From: Candidatus Doudnabacteria bacterium
GTDB taxonomy: Bacteria > Patescibacteriota > Doudnabacteria > UBA920 > 2-01-FULL-46-14
Reading direction: 5' to 3'
NCBI GenBank assembly: GCA_041497195.1
Contig: JBGQGB010000004.1
Coordinates: 1,770-65,769, forward strand
Length of the DNA: 64,000 bases
Positions 43,733 to 51,662 of the stretch are shown piece after piece. How positions within the stretch are numbered: the stretch's first letter is position 1; every line of letters begins with the position of its first letter. Below the pieces are notes generated by a model, which saw only the letters and a list, made by a program, of their open reading frames with translations, did no database searches and was not told the DNA's origin. The translations under genes and the position numbers were made by a program.

Positions 43733-45219
43733 ATAAGCAGTGGGCCTTCGCCAGCCTTTCGGAACTCCAGGAAGGACTGAAGCAAAAAAAGTTTTCGTCA
43801 GTCGAGCTGACCAAGTATTTTCTTGCCCGGATCAAGCAATACGACTCGCTGCTGAAGGCTTTTCTGACCATCACGGAGAAAGAGGCGCTTGCGCAGGCGC
43901 AAGAAGCAGATCAGACAATCGCTCGAGGACAAGCCGAGCCCTTGACCGGCATTCCATACGCGGCCAAGGATTTGTTCAGCACCAGAGGAGTGAGGACCAC
44001 GGCTGCTTCCAAGATTTTGGACAAGTTTGTGCCGGTTTTCGACGCGACCGTGATTCGAAAACTCAAGGAGCAGAAGGCTGTCATTTTGGGCAAAACTAAT
44101 TTGGATCAATTCGCCCATGGGTCCTCTACCGAAACATCCTACTACGGGCCTAGCCATAATCCTTGGGATATGTCTCGCATTCCGGGAGGATCCTCGGGCG
44201 GCAGTGCTGCTGCAGTCGCGGCCGGTCTGGTCCCTTTTGCTTTGGCCACTGAAACAGGAGGATCCATCAGACAGCCGGCGAGTCTTTGTGGGATTTCTGG
44301 CTGGAAGCCGACCTATGGCCGCGTGTCCCGGTTCGGCGTGATTGCCATGACGTCTTCGACAGATAGCATCGGCACCGTGGCCTGGAGTGTTGCAGACCTC
44401 GCTCTCACTGCCGAAGTTTTGGCAGGATACGACCCGAAGGATTCGACCACTTCCAAAGTTGAGGTACCGCCATGGACTAATCTCATGAAGCAGGGGGTAA
44501 AGGGCCTGAAAGTCGGCGTGCCTCAGGAATATTTTGTGGCTGGCATGGAAAAGGGCGTCAGGAAACGGGTGGGGGAGGCGATTGATGAAATTCGGCGTTT
44601 GGGTGCCCAAATTAGTGAAGTGTCCTTGCCTTCTACTCCTTATGGCTCCATGGTCTACGCCATTGTCACTCCCTCCGAGGTCAGCTCCAATCTGTCTCGG
44701 TATGACGGGATTCGCTACGGGCACGTCACGACCGAGGCCCGAGAACTTTTTGAAATTTACAGCAAGACCCGCCGCGAAGGGTTTGGCGACGAAGCCAAAC
44801 GTCGCATCATGACTGGCACCTACGCTCTCTCAGCCGGCTACCGCGATGCTTATTACCTCAAAGCCCAGCGAGTGAGAAGGCTTTTGGTCAATGAGTTCAA
44901 TGAGGTTTTCAAAAAAGTTGACGTGCTGCTTTGTCCAGCGACCCCGAACGTGGCACCGAAAATCGGCGGAGCGGCGGATAACCCTCTGTTCGGCTATATT
45001 GCAGACCAGTTGAACATTCCGGGAGCGTTGGCCGGCCTGGCGGCTCTCTCTGTGCCGTGCGGTTTTGCTAAACCTGAGGACAAAGCTGATGTGGAGTTGC
45101 CAGTGGGATTGCAGATTATCGGGCCGCAATGGGGTGAGGACAAGATCTTTCGAGTCGGGTATGCCTATCAGCAGGTCACTGAGTTTCATAAAATGCATCC
45201 GAAAGAGTTTGCCAATTAA
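43729..45219 (+). CDS. gatA: Asp/Glu-tRNA amidotransferase subunit A
   Basis: Amidase signature PGGSSGGSAAAV, TGGSIRQPA, RYDGIRYG. Confidence 0.96.
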   Translation: MNKQWAFASLSELQEGLKQKKFSSVELTKYFLARIKQYDSLLKAFLTITEKEALAQAQEADQTIARGQAEPLTGIPYAAKDLFSTRGVRTTAASKILDKFVPVFDATVIRKLKEQKAVILGKTNLDQFAHGSSTETSYYGPSHNPWDMSRIPGGSSGGSAAAVAAGLVPFALATETGGSIRQPASLCGISGWKPTYGRVSRFGVIAMTSSTDSIGTVAWSVADLALTAEVLAGYDPKDSTTSKVEVPPWTNLMKQGVKGLKVGVPQEYFVAGMEKGVRKRVGEAIDEIRRLGAQISEVSLPSTPYGSMVYAIVTPSEVSSNLSRYDGIRYGHVTTEARELFEIYSKTRREGFGDEAKRRIMTGTYALSAGYRDAYYLKAQRVRRLLVNEFNEVFKKVDVLLCPATPNVAPKIGGAADNPLFGYIADQLNIPGALAGLAALSVPCGFAKPEDKADVELPVGLQIIGPQWGEDKIFRVGYAYQQVTEFHKMHPKEFAN

Positions 45220-45321
45220 TGTTTTAATTTCTCAATTCTCATTGAATTTTAAATCATCATTTTTTGAAGATTAAAGTTTGACAATTGTTTGGAAATTTAA
45301 GAAAATGAAAATTATAAATTT

Positions 45322-46824
45322 GTGAAGACTTACGAAACAATCATCGGTCTCGAGATTCACGTGCAGCTCAAGACTGCATCGAAGATGTTTTGCAGCTCAC
45401 CGAACAATCCCGATATTACGGAGCCAAACGTAAACATTTGTGAGGTCTGCACTGGCCAGCCTGGCAGTCTGCCAGTGGCGAACAAAGAGGCGGTTCGCAA
45501 AGCCATCCTGGTGGGGCTGGCTCTGGGTTGCCGCATCCCGGAACACTCGAAATTTGACCGGAAAAATTATTTCTATCCGGATTTGCCGAAAGGTTACCAG
45601 ATTTCCCAGTATGATCAGCCCCTCTGCGTGGGCGGAGAAGTAATCATCACAAGCGGAGGAGAGGCCCGGCCGATTCACATCACTCGAGCGCATTTGGAAG
45701 AAGACGCGGGGAAACTCATTCACGAGGGCGGAGCGACGCTGGTTGATTTGAACAGGGCGGGCGTGCCACTCCTCGAGATTGTCACTGAGCCGGATTTCCG
45801 CACTGCGCAAGAAGCAAAACTTTTTTTGCAGAACCTGCGCAACACCGTGCGTTACCTCGGCGTTTCCGACGCGGACATGGAGAAGGGGCATCTGCGCTGC
45901 GATGCCAATATTTCTCTGCGGCCAGCGAGTGAACAGAACCTGCCTGGTTATAAAGTTGAAATAAAAAATTTGAACTCATTCAAGGCCGTAGAGGCTGCTC
46001 TGGAATACGAACGAATTAGGCAAACCGAAGCTTTGACAGATGGTGGTAAGCTCGTGAATGAAACGCGGGGCTGGGAAGATGCCAAAGGCCTTACCCTCGC
46101 CCAGCGGACCAAGGAAGAAGCTCAGGATTATCGGTACTTCCCAGAGCCGGATTTGCCAGTAATGCGCTTTGAGCCTAAATATATCGAGGAGCTGCGCGCC
46201 ATGTTGCCGGAGCTGCCAGGGGCTAAGACGGTCCGTTTCAGAAACGAATATAAATTGCGGGATGCTGACATTGAAAATCTGATTAACTGGAAAGAATTGA
46301 GCGAATACTTTGAGGAGGTGATTAGCGAACTCAAAGATTTATCCAACCCTACAGTTGACGGCATGACATACAAGTTGGATTCATCCATGCTCTACCAACA
46401 GGCAGTAAATTGGTGCTCGCGGGATTTTACTGCACTGCTCAATGAGAGTGGTCTGAATCCTCAAGAATCTAACGTAAGTCCCGAAAATTTGGCGCAACTG
46501 ATTATTCTCATACAAACTGCCAAAATTTCGAGTTCTGCCGCTCGGGCTGTATTTAAGGAAATGTTTGAAAAAGGCGGCGAGCCGGAAAATATTGTGCATG
46601 ATTTAAACTTGGGCCAGGTCAGCGATAAAGCCCCAATCGTCAAAGCGGTTGATGAAGTCATTGCGGAAAATCCAAAAGCCGCTGAGGATTTCAAATCAGG
46701 CAAAAAACAGGCTGGTGGTTTTCTGGTCGGCAAAGTTATGGCCAAAATGCAGGGCAAAGCCAATCCGCAGATGGTCAATGAGATTCTGGAGGAGAAATTA
46801 AGAGCGGAGAAATCGTCTGATTAG
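45322..46824 (+). CDS. gatB: Asp/Glu-tRNA amidotransferase subunit B
   Basis: IGLEIHVQL, RKNYFYPDLPKGYQISQ, YRYFPEPDL. Confidence 0.97.
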   Translation: MKTYETIIGLEIHVQLKTASKMFCSSPNNPDITEPNVNICEVCTGQPGSLPVANKEAVRKAILVGLALGCRIPEHSKFDRKNYFYPDLPKGYQISQYDQPLCVGGEVIITSGGEARPIHITRAHLEEDAGKLIHEGGATLVDLNRAGVPLLEIVTEPDFRTAQEAKLFLQNLRNTVRYLGVSDADMEKGHLRCDANISLRPASEQNLPGYKVEIKNLNSFKAVEAALEYERIRQTEALTDGGKLVNETRGWEDAKGLTLAQRTKEEAQDYRYFPEPDLPVMRFEPKYIEELRAMLPELPGAKTVRFRNEYKLRDADIENLINWKELSEYFEEVISELKDLSNPTVDGMTYKLDSSMLYQQAVNWCSRDFTALLNESGLNPQESNVSPENLAQLIILIQTAKISSSAARAVFKEMFEKGGEPENIVHDLNLGQVSDKAPIVKAVDEVIAENPKAAEDFKSGKKQAGGFLVGKVMAKMQGKANPQMVNEILEEKLRAEKSSD

Positions 46825-47700
46825 TTTCTTAGCCTCAGCCGGGCGTTTTATCCACGTCACCGGCATTTTTTTGAACCAGGTCATTTGCCGCTTGGCGTAT
46901 CGCCAAGTGTTTTTGTTGATTTCGTTTTCCAGTTCTGCCAAAGGTAACCGGCCTTGTAGAAAATCGATTGATTCCCGGTAGCCAATCGCGTCGAAGGGCA
47001 CTCGCCGGAAGCCATATTTTTTCACTAGCTTTTTCGTTTCCGCGACCAGGCCCCGCCGGAGCATGAGCTTCGTGTGCTGGCGGATTCGCTGCTTCAATTC
47101 ATCGGCCGGGAGATTGAGGCCCACAAGCAGAGGCTCAACGAGTTTTGCGCCGCGCCTGCGCTGCTTTGTAAAAGGTTTTTTGCTGGCAATGGTTACTTCC
47201 AGAGCTCGAATGACGCGGCGAGGATTGCGTGGGTCGACGATATGGGCTGCTTCGGGATCAAGGGTCGTGAGTTTGCCGAAAAGATAGTGGAGCCCCCGGG
47301 TTTGCCAAAGCCGCTCCAATTTTTTGCGCAAATTGCGGTTTGGTTTGACTCGAGGGAATTCCAAATTGTCTGTCACTGCCCAGACGTAGAGGCCGGTCCC
47401 GCCGACCAAAAATGGCATTTTTCCGGCGCGAGTAATTTGGCTAATGGCTCGAAGGGCGTCTTTTTTGTATTGCCCGACCGTATATGGTTGATCGGGGTTT
47501 TTCAGATCAAAGAGAAAGTGCTTCGCGCTTTTTTGTTCGACGCGGTTAGGTTTGGCTGTTCCGATGTCCATGCCCCGATAGACTTGCCGCGAGTCAGCGG
47601 AAACGATCTCTCCGTTGAATTTTTTCGCCAGCGCGATGGCGAGAGCGGTTTTGCCCGAAGCGGTCGGGCCAACTATGCAGATGAGTTTCGGCAGGTTCAT
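46798..47700 (-). CDS. miaA: tRNA dimethylallyltransferase
   Basis: GPTASGKT, SADSRQVYRGMDIGTAKP, VGGTGLY, YAKRQ.TWF. Confidence 0.97.
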   Translation of the reverse strand: MNLPKLICIVGPTASGKTALAIALAKKFNGEIVSADSRQVYRGMDIGTAKPNRVEQKSAKHFLFDLKNPDQPYTVGQYKKDALRAISQITRAGKMPFLVGGTGLYVWAVTDNLEFPRVKPNRNLRKKLERLWQTRGLHYLFGKLTTLDPEAAHIVDPRNPRRVIRALEVTIASKKPFTKQRRRGAKLVEPLLVGLNLPADELKQRIRQHTKLMLRRGLVAETKKLVKKYGFRRVPFDAIGYRESIDFLQGRLPLAELENEINKNTWRYAKRQMTWFKKMPVTWIKRPAEAKKLIRRFLRS

Positions 47701-47849
47701 TTTTTGGTTTTTTTGTGGATGTGCAAAATTGGCCGCATCGAGCTCTTTTTCAGGCTCTTGCCGTGCTGGCGCATCCGCGGTCGCTTTTTTTGTTCCCGCC
47801 GTGTGGCTCGTCGGTCTTCTAAATTTTCGTAATCACTGCTATGATGCAT
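47697..47849 (-). CDS. Small basic protein (50 aa), absent from the ORF track
   Basis: MHHSSDYENLEDRRATRREQKKRPRMRQHGKSLKKSSMRPILHIHKKTKK; its TGA overlaps the miaA ATG (ATGA). Confidence 0.55.
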   Translation of the reverse strand: MHHSSDYENLEDRRATRREQKKRPRMRQHGKSLKKSSMRPILHIHKKTKK

Positions 47850-47852
47850 AAT

Positions 47853-48605
47853 ATGAAAAAAATTCTATCTACAGTTTTCATTATACTGACTTTACCTTTT
47901 TTAGTCTCGGCCCGGGTAACCCCTCCGGATCTGCATGCAGCTCCGGGCGCGCTGCCTGGCCAGAGCGGCTACTTTTTTCAAAACATCCGCGAATGGTTGG
48001 AAATCAACTTTTTTGCGGTCAGCACCACAGCCAAACAGGAAAAAATGCTGGAGCTATCTAGCCGCCGCCTGGCTGAAATTTCGAAAATTGCCAGTTTACC
48101 GAGCGTCAATGTCGAAGTCTTGAATATTGCTACCAGTCACTATGGGGATTTGCTTGGGCAAGCAGAAGACGTGGCCGAGAAGCTTGTCATTTTGGACGGT
48201 GCACAATTGCCGGTTGCCGAGAAGCTCGAGCAAATCTCGCGTATGCACGAGCAGATTTTGTTGGGACTCCTCCAATCCAGCGACAAAAGCGATTACCGGC
48301 AGCTTTTGGAGGCCTTGAATTCGGCGCGAATCAACAATGAATTGATTTTCAAGTTTATGGTCAAAAATTATCAGTACAACCAAACTGACATTGCCAAATA
48401 CGGCAACATGGTCACCGAGCAGATTAAATTTTTACGAGAATTCGCCCCAACGCTCCCTACGCCTTTACCCTTGAACAAGCAGACAGAGTTGGCCAAGGCT
48501 TACGTGGAATTGGGCAAAGCCGAAGCGGCTGGCCTGAATCCAAACTCGTATGACCAGTTGAAAGTAGCGACTGACACGGTTGTCAATCAAATGCTGCCAC
48601 GGTAG
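47853..48605 (+). CDS. Secreted DUF5667-like helical protein
   Basis: Signal peptide; PG.LPG....YF.....E......K......RRL.E. Confidence 0.75.
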   Translation: MKKILSTVFIILTLPFLVSARVTPPDLHAAPGALPGQSGYFFQNIREWLEINFFAVSTTAKQEKMLELSSRRLAEISKIASLPSVNVEVLNIATSHYGDLLGQAEDVAEKLVILDGAQLPVAEKLEQISRMHEQILLGLLQSSDKSDYRQLLEALNSARINNELIFKFMVKNYQYNQTDIAKYGNMVTEQIKFLREFAPTLPTPLPLNKQTELAKAYVELGKAEAAGLNPNSYDQLKVATDTVVNQMLPR

Positions 48606-48609
48606 CGGG

Positions 48610-50397
48610 TTACAGAGATTTGGTTTTTATTTTTTCTCGAATTTTGTGGACAAAGTCTTCCAGTTTCATCGAGCCCAGATCTTTTTCCCCGTGCTGCCGT
48701 ACAGAGACGGTTTTTTCACCCATTTCTCTTTTCCCGACAATGAGCATATACGGGATTTTTTGCATTTCCGCTTCGCGGATTTTTTTGCCGATTGATTCGT
48801 TGCGCTCATCAAATATCGAGCGGATATCGGCATCGTTTAAAGTTTCCAGTATCTCTTTTCCATATTTTTCGGTTTCCTCGGAAATCGACAGGATGGCCAC
48901 TTGCACGGGTGCAAGCCAGACTGGGAGGGCTCCGGCGAAATGTTCTATCAAAATCGCAATAAAACGCTCGAGTGAGCCCAAAACCGCAATGTGCAAAATC
49001 GCAGGACGTTTTGGTTTCGCGTCTTTATCAGTGTAGACTAGATCGAAATTTTCAGGCTGATTGAAATCGAGTTGAATCGTCGTGAGCTGCCATTCTCTCC
49101 CAATCGCGTCTTTGATCATAAAGTCAATTTTTGGTCCGTAAAAAGCAGCTTCTCCTTCTTTTACAATGAAGGAAATTCCTTTTTCTTTTACTGATTGTAC
49201 GAGCTGCCTTTCTGCTTTGTTCCAAACAGCGTCGTCCCCCAAGTATTGTTTGAGGTTTTTGGGATCTCTCACCGAAATTTGAGCTTTATAGCTTTTCAAG
49301 CCAAAGTCTCTGTAGATCGTTTGGGTCAGCTCAATAGCGCGGTCAATTTCTGCCGGGAGCTGTTCGTGAGGCACGAACCAATGACTATCATCTTGAGTGA
49401 TGGCGCGAACCCGGAAGAGCCCGTTGATTACGCCGCTTTTTTCGTAACGATATACCGTGGCGTTTTCGGCTAAGCGCAAAGGGAGGTCGCGGTAGCTGCG
49501 GGGCTTGGCCAGGTATATCTGAAAGTGATGCGGGCAATTCATGGGCTTGAGAGTATATTTTTCTCCTTCGAGTTCCAAAGGCGGCATCATGGCATCGTAT
49601 TTTTGCCAATGTTTGCTTTGGATATAGAGTTGACTCCTAGCGATATGTGGGGACCAGACGAAAATTAGACCAAAACGTTTTTTTATATTGAATAAGTAAT
49701 CTTCGATGGTTTTTCGCAAGGTAAACCCTCGTGGCATTAGAAGTGGCAGGCCCGGCCCGACCGTCGGCGAGAAGGTAAACAATTCTAATTCCCGACCGAG
49801 AATTTTGTGATCCCTTTTTTTGGCCTCCCGCATCATTGTTAGATAGTTTTCCAGTTCGGTCTTATCCATAAAAGCCGCTACGTAGATCCGGGTGAGCATC
49901 GGGTTTTTTTGATCCCCGCGCCAGTACGCACCCGCCGTATGGGTGAGCTTGAAAGCATCACTCGGGATTTCGCCGATATTCTCGAGGTGGCCGCCTTTGC
50001 ACAGGTCGGCGAATTCACCGATGCGGTAAAAAGTCACTTTCTCTTCGGCCACTCCTTTGATTTTTTGCCGTTCCCCTTTGGCGATTTCTGCGATGAGGTC
50101 AGTCTTGTATGTTTGCCCCTCCTTTTTTGTCAGTTTCAAGGCGTCTTTGATTGGCAAAGTTTCCTGCGCCATGGTCAGGTTTTGTTTGATGAGTCGGCGC
50201 ATTTCTTTTTCGATTTTGGGAAAGTCGGCATCGGAAATGGGGACGGGAAAATCAAAGTCGTAATAAAAGCCAGTATCAATCACTGGCCCGATGCCGAGCT
50301 TGACCTTGTCGCCGTACAGGTTTTTGACCGCGTAGGCGAGGACGTGCGCGGCCGTATGGCGCATGTTATGCAACCAATTTTCATCATGTTTGGGCAT
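48610..50397 (-). CDS. thrS: Threonine--tRNA ligase
   Basis: RH..AHvLA, DLC.G.H, RDH..lG.el, KPMNCP.H, GL.RVR, AFYGPKID, WL.P.Q. Confidence 0.97.
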   Translation of the reverse strand: MPKHDENWLHNMRHTAAHVLAYAVKNLYGDKVKLGIGPVIDTGFYYDFDFPVPISDADFPKIEKEMRRLIKQNLTMAQETLPIKDALKLTKKEGQTYKTDLIAEIAKGERQKIKGVAEEKVTFYRIGEFADLCKGGHLENIGEIPSDAFKLTHTAGAYWRGDQKNPMLTRIYVAAFMDKTELENYLTMMREAKKRDHKILGRELELFTFSPTVGPGLPLLMPRGFTLRKTIEDYLFNIKKRFGLIFVWSPHIARSQLYIQSKHWQKYDAMMPPLELEGEKYTLKPMNCPHHFQIYLAKPRSYRDLPLRLAENATVYRYEKSGVINGLFRVRAITQDDSHWFVPHEQLPAEIDRAIELTQTIYRDFGLKSYKAQISVRDPKNLKQYLGDDAVWNKAERQLVQSVKEKGISFIVKEGEAAFYGPKIDFMIKDAIGREWQLTTIQLDFNQPENFDLVYTDKDAKPKRPAILHIAVLGSLERFIAILIEHFAGALPVWLAPVQVAILSISEETEKYGKEILETLNDADIRSIFDERNESIGKKIREAEMQKIPYMLIVGKREMGEKTVSVRQHGEKDLGSMKLEDFVHKIREKIKTKSL

Positions 50398-50414
50398 ACA
50401 AATATCCTTTTAAT

Positions 50415-50596
50415 AAACAAAAAACCCAGCACAACATATTCGTTGTCTGGGATCCACCTTTGCGCAAGGCTTTGGCGGACGGTTCCACCCAGGTTCCCCC
50501 CGCCTATGAACGGGGGACTCTTAATCGATTTGCCAGAAGCTTTGAGGTTGGTGAGGTCTCATCTTGCCCCGCCGCAGCAGGACGAACGCTTTTGGT
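50415..50596 (-). promoter_or_regulatory. T-box riboswitch leader of thrS with intrinsic terminator
   Basis: AACCTGGG-TGGAACC-G T-box (50481-50493); CTGGG/CCCAG antiterminator; terminator 50425-50451 plus U-tract; promoter TTGACA-N17-TAAACT (50631-50603). Confidence 0.8.
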
Positions 50597-50640
50597 ATTT
50601 GCAGTTTAAGTCGAGCCTCGGGATTTGTCAAAAAAAATAA

Positions 50641-50666
50641 CCAGGGCCGCTTGGGGGCGACCCTGG
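50641..50666 (-). terminator. Intrinsic terminator after the deaminase gene
   Basis: CCAGGGTCGC...GCGGCCCTGG followed by TTATTTTTTT on the minus strand. Confidence 0.7.
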
Positions 50667-50690
50667 CAGGAAAAGCAAAACCCGCAGGCT

Positions 50691-51224
50691 TCAGAATCTC
50701 GCATGTTCCCTGCTGGCCCGTTCTCTGACCATCTGAATCGGCGGACCTGAGCGAACTCGTCGGGCATAAGGAAGCGTGTAAAGTGCTGTGACGGGCAGTT
50801 TGGCCAGACCCTCGCTATTCCAGTCAGTCTCCCGCGGCACGATCACTTTCACATCGGGAGCAAACTGCCAGAGGCGTTCCAGACACATCGCGCAAGGCGC
50901 AACCACGCGCCATCCTTGGGTATGACCGTGGTGGATGGCAATGATTGTTTCCAAGCCGTCGCCGGCCTCCTCAGCTTTGGCCAGCACCATAGCCTCTGCG
51001 CACACGGATGCTTGCCCAATTTTGCAGTCAGTTTGCAGGGCTGTGTAAGTTTCCTGTCGCCAGCCCCGGGCTGCGGCTGCGAGATGGTGAAAGTCTTGTT
51101 GGTAGCTTCCCTCAATGGCTTTGCGCGCGGCGTCACGCAGTGCCCAGTCCCTTTCCTCGATCGGGTAGAGGTTTCCTACTCTTGTAAGAAAGTCTTCGAC
51201 TAACGCAACGATCAATTCAGGCAT
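50691..51224 (-). CDS. Cytidine deaminase / blasticidin-S deaminase-like Zn protein
   Basis: CAE (SVCAEA) and PCxxC (APCAMC); strong AGGAGG SD. Confidence 0.85.
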   Translation of the reverse strand: MPELIVALVEDFLTRVGNLYPIEERDWALRDAARKAIEGSYQQDFHHLAAAARGWRQETYTALQTDCKIGQASVCAEAMVLAKAEEAGDGLETIIAIHHGHTQGWRVVAPCAMCLERLWQFAPDVKVIVPRETDWNSEGLAKLPVTALYTLPYARRVRSGPPIQMVRERASREHARF

Positions 51225-51317
51225 TGAGAATCCTCCTTTTGAATATTGCGAACCCTATATCATAGTTGAGGATAAATGGTCTCGTCAAGCTGTCGGGCAT
51301 GTTTCGAACAAAACAAA

Positions 51318-51349
51318 AAGGGCTGGGCAGTTGCAGGCGCCCAGCCCTT
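51318..51349 (-). terminator. Intrinsic terminator
   Basis: AAGGGCTGGGC-N10-GCCCAGCCCTT plus T-run on the minus strand. Confidence 0.8.
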
Positions 51350-51413
51350 CCACTTTCAAAAAATTACTTAACGCTCAGGCGGACCTCGAATCCTCAAGGT
51401 TCGCTCCGGGCGT

Positions 51414-51530
51414 TCATCCACCCGAGTGCTCCGCGGCAGTCGAGCCGGCCCTGCTGGCGTTCATCAAATAGTAATCAAGGGCCCACTTCGACTTCGGAGG
51501 CGACTTCATGCTGCTTGTCGGGTACTTCAT
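51414..51530 (-). CDS. Putative 38-aa small protein in its own transcription unit
   Basis: Promoter TTGACC-N17-TATATT (51627-51599), AAGGAGG-N6-ATG, downstream terminator. Confidence 0.45.
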   Translation of the reverse strand: MKYPTSSMKSPPKSKWALDYYLMNASRAGSTAAEHSGG

Positions 51531-51662
51531 TTGGTTCCTCCTTCATCATCCCAATGCTTGATTTGGCCGAGTTTCAGCCAGCACAAGGATGATAAAGGAA
51601 TATAGCAAAAAAGGCCCTGCAGGTCAAGGGGTCTTTTGGAAAAGTCGACAAACAAGCTTAAT

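Noticed and set aside
43798-44724. 308-aa antisense ORF
   Set aside because: Lies wholly opposite gatA; shadow ORF.
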